DNA of 64,000 nucleotides from an uncultured Gemmatimonadales bacterium (GTDB lineage Bacteria; Gemmatimonadota; Gemmatimonadetes; Longimicrobiales; Longimicrobiaceae): NCBI GenBank assembly GCA_963716255.1, contig OY970303.1, positions 5,568,001 to 5,632,000 of the forward strand, read 5' to 3'. Shown piece by piece: positions 21,392 to 32,295 of this stretch (position 1 is its first letter; each line of letters starts with the position of its first letter). The notes under the pieces were generated by a model. It saw only the letters and a program-made list of their open reading frames with translations, ran no database searches and was not told where the DNA came from. The position numbers and the translations under genes were made by a program.

Positions 21392-23609
21392 CACCGCACT
21401 TTCCACGCTACCGCCCGAAAGGGCCGAGGAGGCGCTCGCCGTCGCGCGCGCCGTCCTGCCGCCGCGCCTGCTGTCCAGGATCGAGTCGTACATGGAGCGT
21501 CTCGACATCGAGATGCTCACCCGCGCGTACGAGTTCAGCCGCATCGCCCACGCGGGGCAGAAGCGCCGCTCGGGGGAGGACTACATCGTCCACTGCGTGG
21601 AGGTCACCGAGATCCTGGCCGACCTCCACCTGGACACCGTGACGCTGGTGAGCGCGCTGATCCACGACGTGGTGGAGGACACCACGGCCACGCTGGACGA
21701 CGTGCGCGACGCCTTCGGCGACGAGGTGGCCACGGTGGTGGACGGGCTCACCAAGATCTCCCGCGTGCAGTTCCGCACCAACACGGAGCAGCAGGTAGAG
21801 AACTACCGCAAGCTCCTGCTCTCCATGGCCCAGGACGCGCGCGTCATCCTGGTGAAGCTGGCGGACCGCCTCAACAACATGCGCACCCTCCAGCACCTGC
21901 GGGAGGAGAAGCGCCGCCGCATCGCCCTGGAGACCCGCGAGATCTACGCGCCGCTGGCCCACCGCCTGGGAATGGCGCACATCAAGTGGGAGCTGGAAGA
22001 CCTCTGCTTCAAGTTCCTGGAGCCGGAGTCGTACAAGGAGCTGGCGCGCAAGATCGCCGACAAGCGCACCGAGCGGGAAGGACTGATCGACAGCCTGCGG
22101 CAGCCGCTGGAGGAGGACCTGCGCGGCGCCGGGATCGACTGCGAGGTGACGGGGCGACCCAAGCACCTGTGGTCCATCTATCGCAAGATGCAGCGCCGCG
22201 AGAAGACGTACGACGAGATCTACGACCTCATGGCGATCCGCGTCATCGTGGACACCATCACCGACTGCTACCACGCGCTGGGGGTGATCCACAACCGCTG
22301 GACGCCGCTGCAGGAGCGCTTCCACGACTACATCGCCACGCCCAAGAGCAACATGTACCGCTCCCTCCACACGACCATCTTCGGTCCGGGGGGGCGGCTG
22401 TACGAGATCCAGATCCGCACGCGCGAGATGCACCGCACGGCGGAGCTGGGGATCGCGGCGCACTGGAAGTACAAGGAGGGCCGCGGCGGCGACGAGGTGG
22501 ACGAGACGCTGACCTGGTTCCGGCAGGTGCTGGAGTGGCAGCAGGAGACCAAGGAGCCGGACGAGTTCCTGGAGTTCCTGCGCATCGACCTGTTCCAGGA
22601 CGAGATCTTCGTGTTCACGCCGCAGGGCGACGTGAAGCAGCTCCCCAAGGGTGCCACCCCCATCGACTTCGCCTTCGGGGTGCACACCCAGGTGGGGCTG
22701 CACTGCGCCGGGGCGAAGGTCAACGGCCGCATCGCCCCGCTGGCGCGCGAGCTCAAGAACGGGGACACGGTGGAGATCATCACCGACCCCAAGCAGCGCC
22801 CCTCGCGCGACTGGCTGGCCTTCGTGAAGACGGCGCGCGCCCGCAACAAGATCCGCCAGTGGATCAAGCAGGAGGAGTTCGACAGCTCGGTGCGGCTGGG
22901 GCGCGAGTTCATCGAGCGGGAGGTCAAGAAGGCGCGCAAGGACCGGGTCTCGGAGGACCGCTTCGACACCGTGGCCAAGGCGCTGGAGCTGCCGGACGCG
23001 TCGCACCTGTTCGCGGCGCTGGGGCGCGGCGACGTGGGGCCGGCGGCGGTGTTCCGCGAGCTGTGGGGCGAGACCACGCCCGCCCAGCCGCCCCGGCCTC
23101 CCTCGGCGTTCGACCGGCTGGTGGACCGGGTGCGCGGCAAGCCCAAGGGGGTGCGGATCCAGGGGATGGACAACCTGATGGTGCGCTACTCCCAGTGCTG
23201 CCAGCCGGTCCCGGGCGACACCGTCACCGGCTACATCACCAACGGGCGGGGGATCTCGGTGCACCGCACCGACTGCCCCAACCTGCTCCAGCTGGCGGAC
23301 CACCCGGAGCGACGGGTGGACATCGAGTGGGAAACGGAGTCCGGCGAGCGCTTCTACGTGCGCATCGTCATGGAAGGAACGGACCGCCGCGGCCTGTTCG
23401 CGGACATCGCCAGCACCATCTCGCAGACCAACACCAACATCCGCAGCGCGGACATCCAGGCGGACGACGCGGGGATGAAGGGGCAGTTCGTGGTGGAGGT
23501 GGAGAACCTGACCCACCTGAACCGCGTGCTCGGCGCGATACGCAAGGTCAAGGGCGTGATCTCCGTGGAGCGCCGCGAGCAGGTGGACGCCAGCGACCTG
23601 GAGGCGTGA
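21384..23609 (+). CDS. spoT: Bifunctional (p)ppGpp synthetase/hydrolase RelA/SpoT
   Basis: Intact HDVVED hydrolase motif, synthetase YRSLHT, TGS, CC and ACT domains. Confidence 0.95.
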   Translation: MASTALSTLPPERAEEALAVARAVLPPRLLSRIESYMERLDIEMLTRAYEFSRIAHAGQKRRSGEDYIVHCVEVTEILADLHLDTVTLVSALIHDVVEDTTATLDDVRDAFGDEVATVVDGLTKISRVQFRTNTEQQVENYRKLLLSMAQDARVILVKLADRLNNMRTLQHLREEKRRRIALETREIYAPLAHRLGMAHIKWELEDLCFKFLEPESYKELARKIADKRTEREGLIDSLRQPLEEDLRGAGIDCEVTGRPKHLWSIYRKMQRREKTYDEIYDLMAIRVIVDTITDCYHALGVIHNRWTPLQERFHDYIATPKSNMYRSLHTTIFGPGGRLYEIQIRTREMHRTAELGIAAHWKYKEGRGGDEVDETLTWFRQVLEWQQETKEPDEFLEFLRIDLFQDEIFVFTPQGDVKQLPKGATPIDFAFGVHTQVGLHCAGAKVNGRIAPLARELKNGDTVEIITDPKQRPSRDWLAFVKTARARNKIRQWIKQEEFDSSVRLGREFIEREVKKARKDRVSEDRFDTVAKALELPDASHLFAALGRGDVGPAAVFRELWGETTPAQPPRPPSAFDRLVDRVRGKPKGVRIQGMDNLMVRYSQCCQPVPGDTVTGYITNGRGISVHRTDCPNLLQLADHPERRVDIEWETESGERFYVRIVMEGTDRRGLFADIASTISQTNTNIRSADIQADDAGMKGQFVVEVENLTHLNRVLGAIRKVKGVISVERREQVDASDLEA

Positions 23610-23620
23610 GGGCCGGCGGG

Positions 23621-23673
23621 CTCTCACCCGGCTCGCTCGAGGCTCGCCACCCTCTCCCAGTCACGGGGGAGGG
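23621..23673 (+). repeat. REP-like family C repeat
   Basis: CTCTCACCCGGCTCGCTCGAGGCTCGCCACCCTCTCCC...GGGGGAGGG. Confidence 0.85.
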
Positions 23674-23712
23674 ATTTTTGCCGTTGCGGCGCCGGGGCAC
23701 GCGCCGGCGCCC

Positions 23713-23845
23713 GCGTGAGGGATTTCGGCCCGAAGGGGCGAGACCCGCGGGCAGTTTCGCGGGGCTCGACTCCGTTGCAAACGGTAGTATCGTTTGCTAC
23801 GGAGCCGAAGCCCGACCCCGGCGCAGCCGGGGGCACGCCCGAACC
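23713..23845 (+). repeat. Family A structured repeat, copy 2
   Basis: GCGTGAGGGAT...CACGCCCGAACC; variable stem GCAAACG/CGTTTGC with loop GTAGTAT. Confidence 0.95.
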
Positions 23846-23933
23846 CGTTTTTCGCGTGAACCGTCCACTTTCTTCGGTGTATTTACGGTGTTGATGCGCC
23901 TCTCCCGAAACGCCTGAGCCGACGACGCCGAAG

Positions 23934-25997
<2,064 letters not shown>

Positions 25998-26004
25998 CGG
26001 ACGG

Positions 26005-26472
26005 ATGGGGAGCGTGGCGCTGCTGACGGAGGAGGAGCTCGCGGCCTGGGGGGAGCGGGTGGGGGCGGAGGTGGTGGTGCCCGCGGTCTTCGCCCTGAAC
26101 GGCGACCTGGGGGCGGGGAAGAGCACGCTGGCGCGCGCCGTGGCGCGGGGGGCGGGGGTGGAGGGGCCGGTCCCCTCGCCCACCTTCAACCTGCTCTTCC
26201 GCTACGAGACGCGGCGCGGGGTGGTGCACCACCTGGACCTGTACCGCCTGGAGCGGCAGGACGAGGTGTGGGAGCTGGGGTGGTCGGAGCTGGGGGCGGG
26301 TCCGGACCTGGTGCTCATCGAATGGGCGGAGAATGCCGAGACTCTGCTCCCGGTCCCGCGCTGGGAGGTGGTGCTGGAGGACGTGGGCGACCCGGACCGC
26401 CGCCGCGTGGAGCTGGCGCCGGTGGGGGATCCGCCCGCGCTCCCGCCCCTGCCGGACGGGGGGGTATCGTGA
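26005..26472 (+). CDS. tsaE: tRNA threonylcarbamoyladenosine biosynthesis ATPase TsaE
   Basis: GDLGAGKS, SPTF, HLDLYRL and IEW motifs. Confidence 0.95.
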   Translation: MGSVALLTEEELAAWGERVGAEVVVPAVFALNGDLGAGKSTLARAVARGAGVEGPVPSPTFNLLFRYETRRGVVHHLDLYRLERQDEVWELGWSELGAGPDLVLIEWAENAETLLPVPRWEVVLEDVGDPDRRRVELAPVGDPPALPPLPDGGVS

Positions 26473-27182
26473 CGGGGGCGCCGGAGGGTCCGGTGCTGGC
26501 GCTGGACACCTCCACCGGCGTGGGCTCGGTGGCGGTGGGCCAGGGCGACCGGCTGCTGGCGGAGATCGTCCTGGCCGTGGGGTCGGGGCACTCGTCGGCG
26601 CTGCTCCCGGCCATCGACCGGGCGCTGCGCTCGGCGGGGCTGGAGGCGCGGGAGCTGGCCGGGGTGGTGGTGGGCGGCGGGCCGGGCTCGTTCACGGGGG
26701 TGCGCATCGCCGCGGCCACGGCCAAGGGGATCGTGCACGCGGCCGGGGTGCCGCTCTGGGCGTACTCCAGCCTGCTGGCAGCCGCGGCCGGGTGCTGGGC
26801 GGCGGACCGCCCGGTGTGCGCGCTCTTCGACGCGCGCCGGCGCGACGTGTACGCCGCGTGCTACCGCTTCGGCGCGGGGGTGGAGGAGACCATGGCGCCG
26901 GAAGCCCTCACCGTGGACGAGCTGCTGGAGCGCTTCCGCGGGGGCCCGCCCCCGCTCTTCACCGGGGAGGCCGCCGTGATCCACCGCGAGGAGATCGGGC
27001 GGGAGCCGGGGGTGCGGGTGGCGCCGGCCCACCTGGCGGCGCCCCGCGCGTCGGCGCTGCTGGCGCTGCTGCGGGCGGCGCCGGAGGCGGGGCGGGTGGC
27101 GGAGCCGGCGCACTGGGAGCCGGAGTACGTGCGTGCCTCGGGGGCGGAGCGGATCGCGGCGGCGGCGGGGAGGGCGCCGTGA
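26469..27182 (+). CDS. tsaB: tRNA threonylcarbamoyladenosine biosynthesis protein TsaB
   Basis: LALDTS, GPGSFTGVRI, DARR and P.YVR motifs. Confidence 0.95.
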   Translation: MTGAPEGPVLALDTSTGVGSVAVGQGDRLLAEIVLAVGSGHSSALLPAIDRALRSAGLEARELAGVVVGGGPGSFTGVRIAAATAKGIVHAAGVPLWAYSSLLAAAAGCWAADRPVCALFDARRRDVYAACYRFGAGVEETMAPEALTVDELLERFRGGPPPLFTGEAAVIHREEIGREPGVRVAPAHLAAPRASALLALLRAAPEAGRVAEPAHWEPEYVRASGAERIAAAAGRAP

Positions 27183-27658
27183 AGCTGGGCGGCGAGGTGC
27201 CCCGCACGGAGGGCGCGGCCTTCCGGCTGCGCCCGCTGTTCGAGGCGGACCTGGTGCGGGTGATGGAGATCGAGATGGCCTGCTTCTCCACGCCCTGGAA
27301 GGAAAACACCTTCCGCGGCCTGCTGCGCCGCACCGACACCGACCTGGTGGGCGCGGAGGACGAGGAGCGCCGGCTGCTGGGCTACGCGGTGTGCTGGACG
27401 GTCGTGGACCAGTCGGAGCTGGGCAACGTGGCGGTGGCCGAGGAGGCGCGGGGCGCCGGCGTCGGCCGGGCGCTGGTGGAGGCGATCGTGGACCGGGTGC
27501 GGGCGCGCGACTCGCGGGAGTGCTTCCTGGAGGTGCGCGAGAGCAACGCGGTGGCGCAGGCGCTGTACCGCGACATGGGCTTCGAGGTGGTGGGGCGCCG
27601 CCGGGCGTACTACGCGCTCCCCACCGAGGACGCCCTTGTTATGCGCCTTTTCGTGTAG
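27179..27658 (+). CDS. rimI: Ribosomal-protein-alanine N-acetyltransferase RimI
   Basis: LEVRESN..A..LY...GF...R..YY..EDA pattern; follows tsaB. Confidence 0.92.
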   Translation: MKLGGEVPRTEGAAFRLRPLFEADLVRVMEIEMACFSTPWKENTFRGLLRRTDTDLVGAEDEERRLLGYAVCWTVVDQSELGNVAVAEEARGAGVGRALVEAIVDRVRARDSRECFLEVRESNAVAQALYRDMGFEVVGRRRAYYALPTEDALVMRLFV

Positions 27659-27665
27659 GCTTTTC

Positions 27666-27694
27666 TTGACACCCGTGTGAACGGTGTCTACTTT
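27666..27694 (+). promoter_or_regulatory. Putative sigma70 promoter of ssb with an internal dyad
   Basis: TTGACA-17 bp-TACTTT; GACACC/GGTGTC inverted repeat at 27668-27688. Confidence 0.6.
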
Positions 27695-27751
27695 GGGGTC
27701 TCTCATCCACCGGAAGTGCGACCCCGCCAACGACAAACCCCTGGAGGGTAC

Positions 27752-28315
27752 GTGTCCCGAAGCCTGAACAAGGCCATCATCATCGGCAATCTCGGGTCCG
27801 ACCCCGAGATCCGCACGACGGGCGGCGGGAGCCGCGTCGCGCAGTTCTCCGTGGCCACCAGCCGCAAGTGGACCACCAACTCCGGCGAGCAGCAGGAAAA
27901 GACGGAGTGGCACCGCATCGTGGTGTGGGGCAAGCTGGTGGACGTGGTGGAGAAGTACGTGAAGAAGGGGGACCGGCTGTACGTGGAGGGCGAGATCCAG
28001 TACCGCCAATACGAGGACAAGGAGGGGGTGACCAAGTACACCACCGAGATCAACGCCCGCGAGCTGATGATGCTCGGCGGCCGTGAGGGTGGCGGCGGCG
28101 GCGGGGGTGGGTACGGCGGTGGCGGCGGAGGCGGAGGCGGGGGGTACGGCGGCGGTGGTGGTGGCAGTGGTGGGGGCGGCTCGCGCGAGCGCTCCTCCGG
28201 TGGCGGTGGCGGTGGCGCTGCGGGCGGCGGAGCCGGCAAGGGCGGCCGCGGCGGCGACTACGACGACTTCCAGCCGCCCCCCTTCGGCGAGGACGACGAC
28301 GACCTGCCGTTCTAG
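27752..28315 (+). CDS. ssb: Single-stranded DNA-binding protein
   Basis: SLNKAIIIGNLG, TEWHRI, Gly-rich linker, DDDLPF tip; GGAGG RBS. Confidence 0.97.
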   Translation: MSRSLNKAIIIGNLGSDPEIRTTGGGSRVAQFSVATSRKWTTNSGEQQEKTEWHRIVVWGKLVDVVEKYVKKGDRLYVEGEIQYRQYEDKEGVTKYTTEINARELMMLGGREGGGGGGGGYGGGGGGGGGGYGGGGGGSGGGGSRERSSGGGGGGAAGGGAGKGGRGGDYDDFQPPPFGEDDDDLPF

Positions 28316-28503
28316 AAGCCTGCGGGGTCGCCGCGTCGTACGCGCTGGCCTGGTCACGGCGGGCGCGAAGCATCCGGTGGGCCTGGAGCAATCCAGGCCC
28401 ACCGGATCTTTACTTGCCGCAGCTCCCGGTACCATCTTATCGACTGTCTCGCGGTACCCATTCGCCTGCCTGCTCCTTCGCCGCCTCCGCACTCCCGCTG
28501 AGC

Positions 28504-30978
28504 GTGCCCCTCCTTCGACTGCTCGCCGGGTCCGAGCTCCGCTTCGCGGCGCGCCGCCTCCGGCGCGCCCCGGGCTTCGCCGGAGCGGTGGTCCTCGTGC
28601 TCGCGCTCGGCGTGGGCACTGCGACGGCCGTGTTCAGTCTCGTCAACGGCATCCTCCTGGAGCCGCTCCCGTACCCGGAGCCGGACCGTCTCGCGCGGCT
28701 GACGCACACGGTCAGCAGCGCCGGGCGCGAGCCGGTGGACCAGTCCGACGCCATGGTCTTGCTCTACCAGGGCGAAGCGCGCGCGTTCGACGGCATCGCC
28801 GCATGGCGGTTCGACGACGGCGACCTCGGCGCCCTGGAGCCGGGCCAGACCGCCGTTCGCGTCCGCGGCGCGCGCGTCACGGCGAGCTTCTTCGACGTCC
28901 TGGGCGTCCGCCCGGCGCTCGGCAGGGGGTTCGCCGCGGGCGAGGACCGGCCCGGCGCCGAGCGGGTCGTCGTGGTGTCGCACCGCGTCTGGCGGGAACG
29001 CCTTCACGGCGATCCCGGTGCCATCGGCCGGCACATCGTGGTGAACGACGTGCCGCGCACCGTCGTGGGGATCATGCCGCCGAGCTTCGCGTATCCCGCG
29101 AGCCACGTGGAGATCTGGCTGCCGCTCGCCCTCGACCCCGCACGCACGCGGCCCGCCACGCTCAACCTCGCCGGCATCGGGCGACTCAGGCGCGGCGTGT
29201 CGACCGGGGCCGCGCAGGCCGACCTGGCGCGCGCGCTGACCCACCTCGGCGACTACGTCCAGGGCGACGCCTCGCCGGCGGCATGGCAGGAAGCGCACGT
29301 CACGCCACACGTGCAGTCGCTGCGGGATTCGATCGTCGGCCCCGTCTCGCACCTGCTCTGGCTCGTGTTCGGTAGCGTGCTGCTCGTTCTCCTCGTCGCG
29401 TGCACCAACGTGGCCGGGCTGCTGCTCGTGCGCGCCGAGCGCGCGCACACGGAGCTCGCCGTGCGCGCCGCGCTCGGCTCCGGCTTCATGGGGATGGTGG
29501 CGCTGACGCTGAGCGAATCCGTGCTGCTGAGCATCCTGGGCGGCGGCGCCGGCGTGCTCCTGGCGGCGGCGGCCATGCGGGTGGTGCTGGGTACGGGCGC
29601 GGCGCTGTCTCTCCCGCGCCTGGAAGACGTGGGGCTGGACGCGACGGTCCTGGCGTTCGCGGTGGGAATCACCGCGTTCTGCGCGCTGTCCGTGAGCGTG
29701 CTCCCGCTCCTCCGCGCGCGCCGGGTGTCCATCGCGCAGACCTTTCGGAGCGCCGGCACCGGTCCGGCGGGCGGCCGCTCGCCCCGGCGCGTGCGCGACG
29801 CCCTGGTGGTCGCGCAGATCGCGCTGGCCGTCGTGCTGGTCGCCGTTTCGGGGCTGACGACGCGCAGCCTGCTTCGCCTGAACGAGGTGCGGCCCGGGTT
29901 CGACGCCGACCACGTGGTCACCTCCCGCGTCCTGCTGCCCTTTGCCCGGTACAGCGGCGCCGCCTCGCGCCTGGGCTTCTTCGAGGCCCTGGTCCGCGAG
30001 GCGCGGGCGATCCCGGGGACGCGCGACGTGGCGCTGACCGACTGGGTGCCCCTCAGCGGCGACCGACACGACACGGCGATCGAGGTGGAGGACGACCGGT
30101 CGCGGGAGAGCGCCGGCGGGGCCGAGCACGCCGTCGCGCACGTGGACGGCCGCTACTTCCGGACCATGCGCATCCCGCTGCGCCGCGGCCGGACGTTCGG
30201 CCCGCAGGATCCCGCCCGCCCATCGGACGAGGCGATCGTGAGCCGTGCCTTCGCCGAGCGGTACTGGCCCGGCGCGAGCCCGATCGGCAGGCGCGTTCGC
30301 CCGCTCGGCGGCCGCTGGTACACCGTCGTCGGCGAGGTCGGCGACGTGCGCTACGACAGCCTGGAGGAGCCGGCGAGCGACGTCGCGTACTTCCCCATCG
30401 TCACCGCCGCGCAGCCGGATGCCGGCGCGTCGCTGCCGGCCGCGCTCTCGCTGGTCGTCCGGACCGGTGCCCGGGAGGGCGAGGCGTTGTCGGCCATCCG
30501 CCGGATCGTGCGCGCGCTCGACCCCGGCATCCCGACCTACGACGAGGGGTCGCTGGACGCGCTCGTGCACGCCGCGTCGGCGCGCGCCCGCGCGCTGGTC
30601 GTGCTGCTCGCGACCGCCGGCATCGTGACGTCGCTGCTCGGCGCCGTCGGCCTGTACGGCATCCTGGCGTACGGTGTCAGCATCCGCCGCCGCGAGCTCG
30701 GCATCCGGATGGCGCTCGGGGCCCGGCCTGAGGAGGTGAGCCGCATGGTCTCGCTGGACGGCCTGCGGCTCGCCGGGCTCGGCATCATGATCGGCACGGC
30801 GTGCGCGCTCGCGGCCTCGCGGCTGCTGCGCGGGCTGCTCTACGCCGCGGGTCCCACCGACCTGCTGACGCTCGGCGTGACGCCCGTGGCGCTCCTCGCG
30901 GTCGCGCTCGCCGCGAGCTGGATCCCCGCGCGCCGCGCGGCCGCCGTCCATCCGGCCGAGGCCCTGCGGTCGCAGTGA
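28504..30978 (+). CDS. ADOP-type duplicated MacB/FtsX-like ABC permease
   Basis: LRRAPGFA..LALG..TAVFS start; two ELAVR/ELGIRMALGA FtsX motifs; PAEALR C-terminus; start uncertain. Confidence 0.9.
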   Translation: MPLLRLLAGSELRFAARRLRRAPGFAGAVVLVLALGVGTATAVFSLVNGILLEPLPYPEPDRLARLTHTVSSAGREPVDQSDAMVLLYQGEARAFDGIAAWRFDDGDLGALEPGQTAVRVRGARVTASFFDVLGVRPALGRGFAAGEDRPGAERVVVVSHRVWRERLHGDPGAIGRHIVVNDVPRTVVGIMPPSFAYPASHVEIWLPLALDPARTRPATLNLAGIGRLRRGVSTGAAQADLARALTHLGDYVQGDASPAAWQEAHVTPHVQSLRDSIVGPVSHLLWLVFGSVLLVLLVACTNVAGLLLVRAERAHTELAVRAALGSGFMGMVALTLSESVLLSILGGGAGVLLAAAAMRVVLGTGAALSLPRLEDVGLDATVLAFAVGITAFCALSVSVLPLLRARRVSIAQTFRSAGTGPAGGRSPRRVRDALVVAQIALAVVLVAVSGLTTRSLLRLNEVRPGFDADHVVTSRVLLPFARYSGAASRLGFFEALVREARAIPGTRDVALTDWVPLSGDRHDTAIEVEDDRSRESAGGAEHAVAHVDGRYFRTMRIPLRRGRTFGPQDPARPSDEAIVSRAFAERYWPGASPIGRRVRPLGGRWYTVVGEVGDVRYDSLEEPASDVAYFPIVTAAQPDAGASLPAALSLVVRTGAREGEALSAIRRIVRALDPGIPTYDEGSLDALVHAASARARALVVLLATAGIVTSLLGAVGLYGILAYGVSIRRRELGIRMALGARPEEVSRMVSLDGLRLAGLGIMIGTACALAASRLLRGLLYAAGPTDLLTLGVTPVALLAVALAASWIPARRAAAVHPAEALRSQ

Positions 30979-31120
30979 CGGCCCGGGGATGCGTCCCGCC
31001 GTGCCGGTGCCCGGCTCCACCGCTCCGCCACCCGCCCGGAAGGGCTGTCGTCCGGGCCCGGGCGACCCGGTCCGCAGCTCCCTTCGCTCCTCCTGTTTTC
31101 CCTCACGATCTAAGGAAGTC

Positions 31121-31687
31121 ATGCCGCTGACCCCGCAGCAGTTTCGGACCGGCGTTCAGAACCTCGGGGGACATCACATCCCCTTCGACCAGGGCGACCT
31201 GGTCGATCGCCGGGTGTATCTCGACGAGGGAGCGTGCGGCGCGTTCTCCGCGATCTGGATCCGCAGCAGGAAGTTGCGGGCTCTCGGACAGCAGCCGCCC
31301 GACGCGGACGCGTGCATGGAGGAAGTGAGCTGGATCGGCGAGCAGGTCTCCAAGGGCAGGGCCGCAGCGGTCTACAACGAGTTCTTCGCGGGCAACGGCC
31401 TGAGGCAGGATGGCATGAGCTCCTGGCCCAACGGGGCCGTCGACTGGAACCGGCTGTGGTTCTTTTTGTCGGCCCAGCAGGCCTATTATTTCCTGGGTGT
31501 GCTCGGCGCGAACACGGGGCACGCGATCGCCGTCGACACGAACGCGGGTGCGTTCAGGCTCTTCGACCCGAACTACGGCACGGCGAGGTTCCCCAGCGCA
31601 CAGGCGATGAAGACGTTCTTCGGCGCCTACTGGCGAAGGGCCTACCCGGACCTGGTGGGACGAGGCTTCATCAGCCGGTACAGGTAG
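31121..31687 (+). CDS. Small YopT/AvrPphB-like (peptidase C58) cysteine protease-domain protein
   Basis: TAAGGA RBS; GAC..FS..W, GHAIA and FDPNYG motifs give a Cys-His-Asp triad. Confidence 0.72.
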   Translation: MPLTPQQFRTGVQNLGGHHIPFDQGDLVDRRVYLDEGACGAFSAIWIRSRKLRALGQQPPDADACMEEVSWIGEQVSKGRAAAVYNEFFAGNGLRQDGMSSWPNGAVDWNRLWFFLSAQQAYYFLGVLGANTGHAIAVDTNAGAFRLFDPNYGTARFPSAQAMKTFFGAYWRRAYPDLVGRGFISRYR

Positions 31688-31755
31688 GAGAGAGCTTTCC
31701 TCCGCGGACTCCGCGCGTTTGATGCCGGATCCGGTCGTACCGGGGTGAACTGCAG

Positions 31756-31889
31756 GGTTTGGGCGTGCCCCCGGCTGGCGCCGGGGTCGGGCTGCGGCTC
31801 CGTAGCAGACGAAACAACCGTCTGCAACGGAGGCGAGCCCCGGGAAACTGCCCCCGGGTCTCGCCGCTTCGCGCTCGCATCCCTCACGC
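31756..31889 (-). repeat. Family A structured repeat, copy 3 (most divergent)
   Basis: CGC-GAA-GCG replaces CCC-GAA-GGG and TGCG/CGCA replaces TTCG/CGAA. Confidence 0.93.
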
Positions 31890-32131
31890 GGGCATCGCGC
31901 TGGCGTCCGCGAGGATAGGCCCCCTCACCCCCGCAAGCGGGGGAAAGGGGGAGAACTGCACGGCGTCCCTGCCTTCGGCGCATTGCGGATGCCCCAGGGG
32001 GACTGATTCACACGGAATCCGTCTGAGCGTCGCGGCGCACGCGGACCCCTTGCGCCGTTTTTCTTTGCATTTTAAAGTACTTTTCGAAATTGCTCGCACG
32101 AGCGGGTCCGTCGGGCCCTCTCAGTCCCCTT

Positions 32132-32265
32132 GCGTGAGGGATTACGGCCCGAAGGGGCGAGACCCGGCGGCAGTTCGCCGGGGCTCGACTCCGTTGAGCA
32201 GCGTTGTTTGCTGCTCTACGGAGCCGAAGCCCGACCCCGGCGCCAGCCGGGGGCACGCCCGAACC
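32132..32265 (+). repeat. Family A structured repeat, copy 4
   Basis: Variable stem GAGCAGC/GCTGCTC with loop GTTGTTT. Confidence 0.95.
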
Positions 32266-32295
32266 CGCCGTCCAAAGCCGTCCAGGAAATCAGCC

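Noticed and set aside
28080..28260. GGC-rich low-complexity tract
   Set aside because: It encodes the ordinary Gly-rich SSB linker. The tract at ~47820-47930 is likewise the TPM protein tail.
32130..32295. Recurring peptides in the ORF track (REGxRPEGARP...YGAEARPRRQPGARPN; VRDxGPKGRD...EPKPDPGASRGHART)
   Set aside because: These are translations of the repeat in stop-poor GC-rich DNA. Variation follows base pairing, not codon position.
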